DNA of 64,000 nt from positions 1,152,001 to 1,216,000 of the forward strand of contig CBDIIB010000005.1 of assembly GCA_965279525.1 (NCBI GenBank). Reading direction: 5' to 3'. A model generated the notes under the pieces. It made no database searches, had not been told where the DNA came from, and was given only the letters and a program-made list of their open reading frames with translations. This DNA comes from Tagaea sp. (lineage in GTDB: Bacteria; Pseudomonadota; Alphaproteobacteria; CACIAM-22H2). The position numbers and the translations under genes were made by a program. Shown in pieces: positions 11,283-20,993 of this stretch (position 1 is its first letter; each line of letters opens with the position of its first letter).

Positions 11283-13151
11283 TTGTCTCCTGAACTTAAT
11301 TGTCGAGTCGATTTTTCGAACGTTTTCAGTATTCTTCCGATAGTTGTGTCCTGCGAGATCGGAACGGGGCTGGCATTGCTGAAGTATAAGGTCGATTGGA
11401 ACGGTCGCACTGGCAAGCGGTGGGAGCTGATGTTCTTGGGCAAGATTTATTCAATGCCCAAAGGCGGTTCTCAGCACATGGTCGACGCGGTGTTTTCGAG
11501 CATAGACGCCCGAAGGGGCCAATATGAAATTCACACCAAACGAATAGGAATTGGCGAACTTCCGTACTTAATTCCTGGCAGCATTTGGGTAAGCAAGATT
11601 CGGGCGGGCGAACACTTCATCCAGATCATTAATCCTGTCGAGTTTGGCGAAAAGGAAATCAACACACTCAATTTGTTCAATGCGGAAACTGTTCCCCAGA
11701 TCGAACTGGCGGATTTCGAAAATTTCAAAGACCCCCTGAGGCTCTTTCGATCCCTCAGGGCCTATTCACGGATGCCAGTGTTCAGTATCGACATTAAGAA
11801 CAATCCGAATTTCAAGATTTTCATTCCGCCTATAGAGCTCTTTCGATTTACGTTCGCGAAGACAACTCGTCTTGCCGTCAAAATTACGCATCGGACGATG
11901 GATGATCTGGCCACTCACGTGCGGTCTCAGGATATCGACGGCAAACGGGTCGTAACGCTGAGATCGTCGGTTCCAAAATCGAGATCACTGACGACCGATG
12001 AGGCTCAAGCTCTTGCAACGGCCTATGACACCGGTCTGGCTTCAGAGTTTTCGCAAAGCGGTTGGAGCGCCGTTCGGCGATCTGTCGATGAGTACGGCGA
12101 ACCGATTAAAGATGGGGAATTTCTCAAAGGCAAATTTTTCTGGAAGACCGGCGATAAGTTTCGGTCGATTGGCCACATGTTGGATCTTGGAAATAAAGTG
12201 TATGCGTTTTTCGTGCAGGGGATACTCGAAACGAATCATCACCCTTCGTTCAACAGGATCGATATTCTCGAGTGCCAAAGCATCAAGAGGCAAACTGACT
12301 ACGATCAACGCAAGAACATGTATCCGGGTGCCGTTACTGCTACCATCGGCGAAGAGATCGAATCGGTAGAAGGGCCCAAGACGGCGCGCGCTTCGGCGAA
12401 ATATACAGTTCAGCTTCCGGAGCCAGAATTGGGGGTTGCTAAGATCGAGGTCTTAAAGATCGAAGAATCAACCGACGACTACGAAACCGACAACAAGAAG
12501 GTTATCGGAGGAGATAAGCCGAAAGCATCTTCGACAGGAGAGGCGGTAGGCAATAACGGAAGGATCTCTGGGTTGGAAGTAGATCAGGCTGATAATCAGG
12601 AATTCGATTCTTTGCGGGAAATTAAAATTCTCTGGGATGCTGCCCTGAAGATACAAGAGGATTTGAAATTCGAAGTTTGCTCGGTGAAATCGGATAGACC
12701 CGCCGCATCGGGCGTAAGGCGCGGCGATAAGACCGCTCAACTATGTCAGTTCTATCCCAAGTCCGGTGAAGCGCGGCACAAATGGTCGACGAAAAGGATT
12801 CGGGGGAAAACGTTCGTTCGTCGCGCACTATGCGTGCAGTTCAAAAATAATAAAAAATTTGCGTACGCGATCGAGGTTGAGCGGTTTTCTGAGAACGACA
12901 ATTATTGCCTTTTCACGTTCAGTTTGAACAGCCAGGCTGAGATCAAACCCGAAATGCTAGATCAATTTCTCTTAATTCTTGCGAACTCGGAAAGTCGCCG
13001 ACTCGCAAAAGATTTGCCGAACAGCCTCGGATTGACGTCACTCAAATTTCCCCATTACGAGACACGGCAAAGCGTAGATGGTCTTGCCAACGCAATTGGC
13101 CCATTCCTTTTCAACAATCTGGATGGACTGATGTTGGATATACGGAAGTGA
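11283..13151 (+). CDS. TnsE-like protein / Tn7-like element accessory protein
   Basis: 622 aa at element end reading inward; IFIPPIELFRFTF motif, acidic linker and C-terminal RRALCVQF...AYAIEVER segment resemble TnsE-family proteins (recognition by eye). Confidence 0.55.
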   Translation: MSPELNCRVDFSNVFSILPIVVSCEIGTGLALLKYKVDWNGRTGKRWELMFLGKIYSMPKGGSQHMVDAVFSSIDARRGQYEIHTKRIGIGELPYLIPGSIWVSKIRAGEHFIQIINPVEFGEKEINTLNLFNAETVPQIELADFENFKDPLRLFRSLRAYSRMPVFSIDIKNNPNFKIFIPPIELFRFTFAKTTRLAVKITHRTMDDLATHVRSQDIDGKRVVTLRSSVPKSRSLTTDEAQALATAYDTGLASEFSQSGWSAVRRSVDEYGEPIKDGEFLKGKFFWKTGDKFRSIGHMLDLGNKVYAFFVQGILETNHHPSFNRIDILECQSIKRQTDYDQRKNMYPGAVTATIGEEIESVEGPKTARASAKYTVQLPEPELGVAKIEVLKIEESTDDYETDNKKVIGGDKPKASSTGEAVGNNGRISGLEVDQADNQEFDSLREIKILWDAALKIQEDLKFEVCSVKSDRPAASGVRRGDKTAQLCQFYPKSGEARHKWSTKRIRGKTFVRRALCVQFKNNKKFAYAIEVERFSENDNYCLFTFSLNSQAEIKPEMLDQFLLILANSESRRLAKDLPNSLGLTSLKFPHYETRQSVDGLANAIGPFLFNNLDGLMLDIRK

Positions 13152-13404
13152 GAACTGAGCCTGAGTCGGTTCCGATTTTCTAATCGGCGGCGAGATCGAG
13201 AAGCCCGCGCGCCTCGGTGACCGTAATTCCCGCGCAGCCTGTGATTTGCCGAAATGGCCGCGCCGGCTCGCCGCCGCATAGCGATAAAGCCATTCACTAG
13301 GCCAAAAGCCTTGTGCCGTGTCGATGCGCGTTTCACGAATTCCTTAAGTTTGTTCGCTCGTGAATTACGAGACGTATATATATAAATCCAATAAAATCAA
13401 TGCC

Positions 13405-13440
13405 TTGACTCTTTCGGCGAGTTGAGAACATATAGCGAAC
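13405..13440 (+). promoter_or_regulatory. sigma70-type promoter overlapped by alphaproteobacterial LexA (SOS) box
   Basis: -35 TTGACT at 13405-13410; GAAC-ATATAGC-GAAC (GAAC-N7-GAAC) at 13426-13440 covering the expected -10 position. Confidence 0.8.
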
Positions 13441-13484
13441 AATCAGATCTAAATTGGATGCCCCCTCATTGTCGGGAGCCAAAA

Positions 13485-13760
13485 GTGACCGTGACCTGCC
13501 AGACCTGCCGCAACTGGGAACCGAATGAAACCGGCACTCGCGGCCTGTGCCGATATGCGCCGCCGCGCAGCCAGATCGTCCTCTTTGGGTCGGACGACTT
13601 CGAGCTCAAAGCAGTCTGGGCAACGACCTCCCGCGAGGATCGCTGCGGAGCCTGGGTCAGCACACACCTACTCAATCGGGCGTCCAGTTGGCCTCCCTCA
13701 GGCACCAAACACCCCTTCAAAGAGAGGGCGCATGACAAGCCCTCCGATATGGAGAAGTAG
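13485..13760 (+). CDS. small Cys-rich (putative Zn/Fe-binding) phage-type protein
   Basis: GGGAG SD then GTG at 13485; CxxCxxW...C.Y.PP...W.....D.CG.W pattern; stop 1 bp before the next ATG. Confidence 0.65.
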   Translation: MTVTCQTCRNWEPNETGTRGLCRYAPPRSQIVLFGSDDFELKAVWATTSREDRCGAWVSTHLLNRASSWPPSGTKHPFKERAHDKPSDMEK

Positions 13761-13761
13761 C

Positions 13762-15138
13762 ATGTACATCCCGCACTACGAATCCGACTTCGTGAGGTTT
13801 GCCTACTGGGTCCGCCCGCCCAGCATCAATGAAATTGGCATCATGCGAGCCCGCCACTTTGGGCGGGCGCTCATGGACCACCCGTCACTGGCCGGCATCG
13901 AGGTATTTGACGACGAGGCCAAGACGCTGGAGCGGGCGCTCGAGTTCCGCAAAGCCAATCGCCCAGGACTCTATATCGCCTGCCTTGTCTATCTGGCGCT
14001 CCAGAACAACCCAATCGCTTGCCTCACCCTGGCAGGGATCCTCATGCAGCGCGCGCAGTTCAAGGACCCGCCGAACCAGCGCATGCTCCTCCTGCGGGCG
14101 ACCGGCTGGCTCAAAGCGGCAGATTCCATGAAATTCAATGAGAACTTTGGCTTCCCGCAAGAAGCGCTCTCGCGGATCGAGAAGGCCTCGAGTGCGGCCG
14201 ACAATGGGAAAATCTCCGAAATACGCCGTCAGATCGAGCGAAACGAGCGGAGAGTGACCCTCATCGAGAGCGTACTCCCGAAGTGGAAGTCAGAGAACGG
14301 AAGCTCCGACAAGTATCGGTGCCTGACGGAGCCCCTCCAGCTTCAGGGAGACCTGACTCCGAACCATGCCAAAGCGCTGCTCGATGCCCTTCGATCCGAA
14401 TATCCGTGGGCGGACGACCTGCTCACGGACATCGAGACCGCATTGACCCTGTCTATTGCCTCCAATAAGCCGTGGCTGTCGCTACCGCCCCTGCTACTGG
14501 TCGGGTCACCTGGAATCGGAAAGACCCGCTTCGCCCGGCGCCTGGCGGAACTCACCGGTGTGCCGATCCGGATCGTCAATACCGGCGGCTCGACTGACAA
14601 TCGGGATTTCTCCGGGACAGCGCGCGGCTGGAACACAGCCCATCCGGCCCGCGTCATCGAGATACTTCGTGAGACGGAAGTGGCAAACCCGATCGTCCTG
14701 CTCGACGAGATCGACAAAGCAGGTGGTGGCTATCGGAATGGCCGGATCACGGCAACGCTTCTGACGATGCTGGAGCCCGAGACACGGGCCCGCTTCTACG
14801 ACGAAGCTCTAACCACGAATGTCGACCTCTCCTACGTGAACTGGATCCTCACAGCGAATGACGTCCAGCTCCTCGGACGGCCGCTTTTGTCACGTCTACG
14901 GGTCATCCATATGCCGCCACCACCGGTCTCCGCGGCGCGGCAAATCGTCGAGACAGTACTCAAGGACCTGGCAGCTCGCTATGGCTGGCCGGAAGGGGCA
15001 ATGCCGACGCTGGAGCCTGAAGTCCACACGGCACTCATTAATGCAATGTCCAAAGGTGCGTCCCCGCGGAACATCTCTGTGATGGCCGAGCAGGTCCTGG
15101 CGATCGAGCTGAAGTGGCGACGTACTGCTCTGAACTGA
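13762..15138 (+). CDS. Lon-type AAA+ ATPase without protease domain
   Basis: PPLLLVGSPGIGKT (Walker A), NPIVLLDEIDK (Walker B), LLTMLEPET...F.D..L...VDLS.V.WILTAN; ATG 13762 with GGAG. Confidence 0.85.
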   Translation: MYIPHYESDFVRFAYWVRPPSINEIGIMRARHFGRALMDHPSLAGIEVFDDEAKTLERALEFRKANRPGLYIACLVYLALQNNPIACLTLAGILMQRAQFKDPPNQRMLLLRATGWLKAADSMKFNENFGFPQEALSRIEKASSAADNGKISEIRRQIERNERRVTLIESVLPKWKSENGSSDKYRCLTEPLQLQGDLTPNHAKALLDALRSEYPWADDLLTDIETALTLSIASNKPWLSLPPLLLVGSPGIGKTRFARRLAELTGVPIRIVNTGGSTDNRDFSGTARGWNTAHPARVIEILRETEVANPIVLLDEIDKAGGGYRNGRITATLLTMLEPETRARFYDEALTTNVDLSYVNWILTANDVQLLGRPLLSRLRVIHMPPPPVSAARQIVETVLKDLAARYGWPEGAMPTLEPEVHTALINAMSKGASPRNISVMAEQVLAIELKWRRTALN

Positions 15139-15195
15139 CGCAACTCATGTGTGCTGCCGCACATTTGCGATCGGCATGAAGATTGGAGACTCAGT

Positions 15196-15804
15196 ATGCT
15201 CAAACGCCCGCTTCCAACGCGCGACTGCGGCGCCGGCTGGAACAAACTGATCGATACGCTCATTGCCGATCTTGATGTCATAACGGGTAGGCGAAAAGTC
15301 GAGGTCGTGCAAATCAAGGAGAAGTTCGGTGCATTGCGATTCTACCTCGCGGGCAAAACTAAGCTGCCGTCCGAACTTCTGGGCCGCATACAAGCGCGCA
15401 TCGGCGAAGCAGAAAGAAGTTCCGCCGTTATCTGCGAAGAATGTGGAGAACCGGGGATGATCCATACGTGGGACGGCAGAGGGTACTACTGCGCCCGCTG
15501 CCAGCGACATGCGCGGGAGATCGCGCGAACGAACCTCACGAATTATCGCGGGCAAGATTGGAATCTCGACCGAAACTGGCGTCTGGTCGATAAAAGCGGG
15601 GTCGCACTTTCTGAGAAAATCATTAGTGGATTGGACATGGCCGCAGCTCAGTCCATTGCACAAATCGCGGAGGACTCGAAACGCCTAGCGGACGGGATGG
15701 CCAACGCCATCCGACAGAGGGCTGGGATAGTTCCGAATGTGCGAGTCCACATGCCGGCGGACGCAGCACATCATTGGCAAGCCGCGCGATTCCTAGCGGA
15801 ATAG
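15196..15804 (+). CDS. hypothetical phage/mobile-element protein with Zn ribbon
   Basis: CGAGW..LI...VVQIKEKFGALRFY...S..ICEECGEPG...YC.RC; ATG 15196 after GGAG (ORF opens 15151). Confidence 0.75.
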   Translation: MLKRPLPTRDCGAGWNKLIDTLIADLDVITGRRKVEVVQIKEKFGALRFYLAGKTKLPSELLGRIQARIGEAERSSAVICEECGEPGMIHTWDGRGYYCARCQRHAREIARTNLTNYRGQDWNLDRNWRLVDKSGVALSEKIISGLDMAAAQSIAQIAEDSKRLADGMANAIRQRAGIVPNVRVHMPADAAHHWQAARFLAE

Positions 15805-15915
15805 CCCCACATGGTCGGATTCAAGTGATCAGCACGGAGTCATTGTAAGCGCAATCAAGCGGACGGAACGACGAATTGGGCCGAGCAACGACTAAGGCAT
15901 TCAGAAGAGATTCGC

Positions 15916-16587
15916 ATGGTCATCATCGATATAGAAGTTTCATCGTTGGTGGACGGATACCCGATCGAGATTGGCTGGGCACGCTCAGACGGAGAATGTC
16001 GTGCCTATCTAATAAGGCCGACCGATGAACTGATCGCTCATACGAAATGGGATCCTGTTTCCCAGAGCATCCATGGCATATCACGTGAGCTTCTTGAGCA
16101 GCGGGGAATGCCAATCGACGAGGTTGTCGCAAATCTCAATAGGGATCTCGACGGTGAGAGAATCCTTTCGGATGCCCCTTCACATGATTGGCAATGGCTG
16201 ATGGTCCTCCTCGAGTTCTCGAGTGTCGAGCGGTTTACCTTTGAAATGCTGAAAATGCCGGTTGATTCTCTCTTGCTACGCGAAGCAAATGAGCACGGCA
16301 TAAAAGGTACAGATCTTCGCTATGTGCTCGAAAAGCAGGAGCGAGCGCATGTTCATGCAGCGGCACACGATGCGGCAAGCTGGGCTGCGGCCGTAGAGGC
16401 CATTTCGGCTGCGAGTCGCGGCGATACCGCCGCTGTTGCCAGTATATTTGAGACCTGGCGGTCTCGTGCAACTGCAGCAGCACCGTGGCGGGAGAGTTCA
16501 AGTGGCAAAGAAAAAGGTGGCCAAAAGAGTGACACGAAGGAGCAAGCCCGCAAGGCAGAAACCCAAAATGAGCGGAAGGACGCTTAA
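15916..16587 (+). CDS. DEDD 3'-5' exonuclease-like protein
   Basis: IIDIEVSS...YPIEIGW (ExoI), IHGI, SDA...D (ExoII), HAAAHDA (ExoIII). Confidence 0.8.
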   Translation: MVIIDIEVSSLVDGYPIEIGWARSDGECRAYLIRPTDELIAHTKWDPVSQSIHGISRELLEQRGMPIDEVVANLNRDLDGERILSDAPSHDWQWLMVLLEFSSVERFTFEMLKMPVDSLLLREANEHGIKGTDLRYVLEKQERAHVHAAAHDAASWAAAVEAISAASRGDTAAVASIFETWRSRATAAAPWRESSSGKEKGGQKSDTKEQARKAETQNERKDA

Positions 16588-16629
16588 TGCCGAGAAGGGA
16601 TTCGGCTAATGGCTGCTCGAAACCGCCGA

Positions 16630-16928
16630 CACACCGGATACTGTTCGAGAACTACTTTGCCCGGTGATCTCGAAGTCAAGATCGGCTGCTTGGTCGATCA
16701 CTACAACCACTGCCGATACCACGAAAGCCTCGGCAACCTCACGCTGACCGACGCCCACACGAGGCGCGGGCAGGCCATTCTGGAAAGGAGGGAAGCGATC
16801 AAGCGCAGGACCATCGAGTACCGCCGCTTGCTGCACCGGCAAGCGACCGCCTAAACTGCCAACCCAGATGTACCGAAGCCTCTGTTAGCAGCAGCCTCAA
16901 ACTGCCCCGATTGTTCTGCCGACGGACA
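16630..16928 (+). mobile_element. IS3-family remnant (transposase C-terminus and right end)
   Basis: LPGDLE..I...VDHYNH.RYHESLGNLT..DA...RG..IL.RR..IKR.T is an IS3 OrfB tail; ends ...GACGGACA at 16928. Confidence 0.8.
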
Positions 16929-17026
16929 GTCTCTTTCAACCGTGACGATGAGTCGAAAACCCTCCATTACGCAAACTGCTCAGGCTGTCGTATGGGCGCT
17001 GACGGGGGACAGGACGCTTCGCTCGC

Positions 17027-17971
17027 TCATGCGCCGCGTCCTGAAGACCGCGCCTTGCCGGCGCCGAGCCCGAGCGTGGCGACATCGTTCTTGAGCGCCG
17101 ACAGTATCATACGAACCGGCGCAAGCGTTCGCATTGACGCGCGATACGTCACGCCGCTGCGGATTGTCCAGTCATAGCCGCGCACGTTCAACGCCTGCAA
17201 GCCGGGGGTGACGCTGGGGCGGAGTAGTGGCTTGGGCAGGCTTGTCAGGAATCCATCGTTGCGCACAAGCTTCAGCGCCAGGTCGAGCGACTCGGTCGTG
17301 ACCGTGTCGCGTGGCGGCGTTATGCCGTTGGCGCTGAACACCCGTTCGATTTGCGCACGCGTGAGCGTATCATAGCTGAGCATCACCCAAGGCCTGCGGG
17401 CGATCTCGCCCAACGGCGCTTCGGCTAAGCGTGCGAGCGACGATTGCCGCGCGGCGACGACGCAATTGGCTTGATCGTAGAGGAACAATTCGTCCAGCCC
17501 TTCGCCCGATATCGGCTCCTTAGCCAGGCCGCCGGCATAGAGGCTGATCTCCCCCGCATGTAGAGCGGGAAGCAACAGCGCGCCGACGCCGATGCGCACC
17601 GAAACGTGCAGATTGGGATAGTCGCGCGCCAGCCGCGCCAGAATGCTGGGCATGAACACCGACGCATAGGTGGGGCCGATGCCGATGCGCAGTTCGCCAC
17701 GTGCGCCGTCGCGCGTGGCGGTCAGTTCCATCAGCGACCCGTTCCATTCGCCCTGAATCGTGCGCGCGCGTCGATAGAAGACCTGCCCCATCTCGGTCAA
17801 CACAACCCCGCGCGCGGAACGGTCGAACAGCGGCGTGCGCAAATGTTCTTCGAGCAGTTGCAATGACTTCGACAGTGCAGGCTGGCTGATGTTCAGCCTG
17901 CGCGCGGCACCTTGCACGCTCCCATGCTCCGCGACCGCCAGGAAATGCTGGATGCGCCAAATCTGTTCCAT
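17027..17971 (-). CDS. LysR-family transcriptional regulator
   Basis: FLAVAEHGS..GAARRLNISQPALSKS..LE HTH; divergent from sulfatase. Confidence 0.93.
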   Translation of the reverse strand: MEQIWRIQHFLAVAEHGSVQGAARRLNISQPALSKSLQLLEEHLRTPLFDRSARGVVLTEMGQVFYRRARTIQGEWNGSLMELTATRDGARGELRIGIGPTYASVFMPSILARLARDYPNLHVSVRIGVGALLLPALHAGEISLYAGGLAKEPISGEGLDELFLYDQANCVVAARQSSLARLAEAPLGEIARRPWVMLSYDTLTRAQIERVFSANGITPPRDTVTTESLDLALKLVRNDGFLTSLPKPLLRPSVTPGLQALNVRGYDWTIRSGVTYRASMRTLAPVRMILSALKNDVATLGLGAGKARSSGRGA

Positions 17972-18057
17972 CGATTTCAGTTATATCTCATATCGACGAA
18001 AATATTACCCAAATCTGGCCGGGCGGCTAGAAAAGGAGCGTCCTGGGAGGGACGCCG

Positions 18058-19572
18058 ATGCGCGCCGTTTTCGTGCTTTTCGATTCGCTCAATCGACTTG
18101 CGTTGGGCTGCTATGGCGGCACGCAGATCGCCACGCCGAATTTCGACCGGTTCGCGCGCCGCGCGGCGACGTTCGACAATCACTATGCCGGGTCGCTGCC
18201 GTGCATGCCCGCACGCCGCGACATTCATACCGGGCGGCTCAACTTCATGCACCGCTCCTGGGGGCCGTTGGAGCCTTTCGACAATTCGCTGCCCGAGATC
18301 CTGAAGAAGGCCGGAATATACAGCCATCTGATAAGCGACCACTTCCACTACTTCGAGGACGGTGGCGCCACCTATCATAGCCGCTACAACACTTGGGAAT
18401 TCGTGCGCGGCCAGGAGAACGATCCCTGGGTCGCGATGGTCAAGCCGCCGATCGAGCGCTTCAAGGAAAAATATTCCGATCATCACTACAACGCACCCGG
18501 TGACTTTGTGCGCCGTCAGAACCAGATTAACCGCGAGAAGATCGTGGCGGAGGCGGATTTTCCCGGCCCGCAATGTTTCGAGCGTGCCTTTCGCTTTCTT
18601 GACGTGAATCGCGGCGCCAATGATTGGATGCTGCATCTCGAATGCTTCGATCCGCACGAACCGTTCCACGCGCCCGACCGATTCAAGGAGGCGTATCGTA
18701 CCGCCTATAACGGCCCGATCCTCGACTGGCCGAAATATGGGCCAGTCCGGGAAAACAAACTGGAGATCGCGGAGATCCGCGCGAATTACGCGGCCCTGGT
18801 TGCAATGTGCGACGCCTATTTCGGCAAGCTGCTCGACTATTTCGACGCGCACGACATGTGGAGGGATACGTGCCTGATCCTGACCACGGATCACGGCTTT
18901 CTGCTCAGCGAGCACGATTGGTGGGGTAAGAACCAGACGCCCTACTACGAGGAAATCTCTCATATTCCGACGATCGTCCATCATCCGGATCATGAGGCGC
19001 GTGCCGGCACCCGTGTGCGGGCGCTCTCGCAGACGACCGATCTGATGCCGACGATTCTGGACATCTTCGGCCTTCCCAGTCCACCCGAAACGACGGGAAG
19101 TTCCCTGCTGCCGCTGATCGCTGGGGCTCCGGGTCGCGAGGCCATCATTTTCGGCATGTTCGGCGGTCCGATCGGCATCACCGACGGGACGTACAGCTAT
19201 TTCCGCTATCCGCGTGACCTTTACGACGAGACGCTGGGAGAATACACGCTGATGCCAACGCATCTGGCTGGGTTCTTCAACGCCAACGAGTTGAAGACGG
19301 CAACGCTGGCCGGGCCGTTCGATTTCACCAAGGGTCTGAAACTGATGCGCTACAGCGCGCTCAACGAAGCGCGACGGCCGCCGGGCGCGAACAGCCGTAG
19401 CCAAGCGGGTTTCAAATCGGCGATCTACGACAACGCACGCGATCCCAGCCAACTGAACCCGATCGACCTGCCGCCGGTCGAAACGAAGCTGAAGGAAGCC
19501 GCGATCCGGCTGCTGCGCGCGCATGATGCGCCGCGGGAGTATTTCGAGTGGTTGGCGCTTGCGGCTGAATAA
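18058..19572 (+). CDS. Cys-type (formylglycine-dependent) sulfatase
   Basis: FDSL, CMPARRDIHTG (CxPxR), DPHEP, TTDHG. Confidence 0.92.
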   Translation: MRAVFVLFDSLNRLALGCYGGTQIATPNFDRFARRAATFDNHYAGSLPCMPARRDIHTGRLNFMHRSWGPLEPFDNSLPEILKKAGIYSHLISDHFHYFEDGGATYHSRYNTWEFVRGQENDPWVAMVKPPIERFKEKYSDHHYNAPGDFVRRQNQINREKIVAEADFPGPQCFERAFRFLDVNRGANDWMLHLECFDPHEPFHAPDRFKEAYRTAYNGPILDWPKYGPVRENKLEIAEIRANYAALVAMCDAYFGKLLDYFDAHDMWRDTCLILTTDHGFLLSEHDWWGKNQTPYYEEISHIPTIVHHPDHEARAGTRVRALSQTTDLMPTILDIFGLPSPPETTGSSLLPLIAGAPGREAIIFGMFGGPIGITDGTYSYFRYPRDLYDETLGEYTLMPTHLAGFFNANELKTATLAGPFDFTKGLKLMRYSALNEARRPPGANSRSQAGFKSAIYDNARDPSQLNPIDLPPVETKLKEAAIRLLRAHDAPREYFEWLALAAE

Positions 19573-19594
19573 AACCCGAATGGGAGGAGAAGCC

Positions 19595-20935
19595 ATGTTG
19601 GTCGAAAAATTCAAGGCCGTCTTTGGTGCCGTGACGCGGCGCGGCGCGCTGGCGGGTACGTTGGCGCTCGCCGCCGGATCGGCGTTCGCGCAAAACCAGC
19701 CGCCCATCACCATGGCGATCAATCAATCGCCCTGGCTCAAATCATTCGTCGCGGAAGTCGACGCCTACGAAAAGGCGACCGGCAACAAGGTCAAGCTCGA
19801 CGTGCTGCCATTCGGCGGCTTGCTTGAGAAAATCCGCAACTCTGTGCGCGGTCCGCAAGGCGAATACGACATCGTCAATATCAACTCGCTGTGGCTCGCC
19901 GAGATCTACTCGGGCGGATTCTTGGTGCCGCTGACCGACATTCGCGCCGGCTACAAGCTGCCGGAGGGCGTTCTGACGTTCGGGAATACCACCCATTGGA
20001 GCGCCTCGACCGGTACATTTTCCGCGAACGGTGCGCTTATGGGCGTGCCGGTCAACGGCAATGTCCAAGTCCTCTTCTACAACGTCGATGCCTATGCAGA
20101 GCGCGGCCTCAAGCCGCCCAAAACGTGGGACGATCTCGTCGCGAACGCGCAGGCGATCCATAAAGGCGGCAAGTACTATGGCTTCACGCCGCGCGCCGCC
20201 CGCGATTCGATCGTCTACAACTTCACGCCCTATCTATTCAGCCACGACGCCGCCTTCGTGAATATCATCGGCGCCGGCAAGGCGGAGGTTGTCGTCAACA
20301 GCCCAAAGGCCCTGAAGGCGCTTGAAGTCTACGTGAAGCTCGCGACCGAATCCGGACCGCCAGGGCCGGGGAATATCGCGCAGGGCGAATTGATCCAACT
20401 TTTGGCGACCGGTCGGACCGCCCAGGCGATTGCCGTCATCGCGGCATGGGGGCAGCTCGAGGACCCCAAGGCATCGCGCGTCGTGGGCAAGATCAATGCG
20501 GCGCTTTTGCCTTCGGGTCCGAACGGCACGGTCGCGTCCAGTGCCGGACATTGGATCGCCGGCGTGCCAAAGAACGTTACGCCGGAGAAACAGAAGGCCG
20601 CTTTGGCGTTCCTCGACTGGTTTGCGGCGAAGCAGCGACAGGTGGACTACGTGCGCGCCGGCGGTGTGCCTGTGCGCGGCGACATCTCCAGCGCCGATCT
20701 GGGCGGCGGCGACGCGTTCCGCTTCATAGAAGCTTTCTCGCGCAACGCCGAGCATGCGGTGATGGGGCTGCCCTTCGCTCAGGCGGTCGAAACCTCGGAT
20801 GCGATGGCGCTGAGCCTCAACCGCGCGGTGATCGGAGAAATGACGCCAGCCAAAGCGCTCAACCAGGCGGCGTCCGACCTCGCGCGAATTCTGGAACGCG
20901 GCGGCTTCGCCGTCACTCGCCTTCCGGAGTTGTGA
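19595..20935 (+). CDS. sugar ABC transporter substrate-binding protein
   Basis: Signal peptide with TRR; LFYN.D......PPKTWDDL; ATG 19595 after GGAGG. Confidence 0.9.
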   Translation: MLVEKFKAVFGAVTRRGALAGTLALAAGSAFAQNQPPITMAINQSPWLKSFVAEVDAYEKATGNKVKLDVLPFGGLLEKIRNSVRGPQGEYDIVNINSLWLAEIYSGGFLVPLTDIRAGYKLPEGVLTFGNTTHWSASTGTFSANGALMGVPVNGNVQVLFYNVDAYAERGLKPPKTWDDLVANAQAIHKGGKYYGFTPRAARDSIVYNFTPYLFSHDAAFVNIIGAGKAEVVVNSPKALKALEVYVKLATESGPPGPGNIAQGELIQLLATGRTAQAIAVIAAWGQLEDPKASRVVGKINAALLPSGPNGTVASSAGHWIAGVPKNVTPEKQKAALAFLDWFAAKQRQVDYVRAGGVPVRGDISSADLGGGDAFRFIEAFSRNAEHAVMGLPFAQAVETSDAMALSLNRAVIGEMTPAKALNQAASDLARILERGGFAVTRLPEL

Positions 20936-20993
20936 TGGTGTGGAAACCGGATCGCCCCCGCGCCCGCGACTCGCGCGCGATGGATACCTCCTC

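Noticed and set aside
13762-15138. Calling the AAA protein a Lon protease or BREX BrxL
   Set aside because: Protein ends after the AAA lid with no Ser-Lys protease domain; no other BREX genes present
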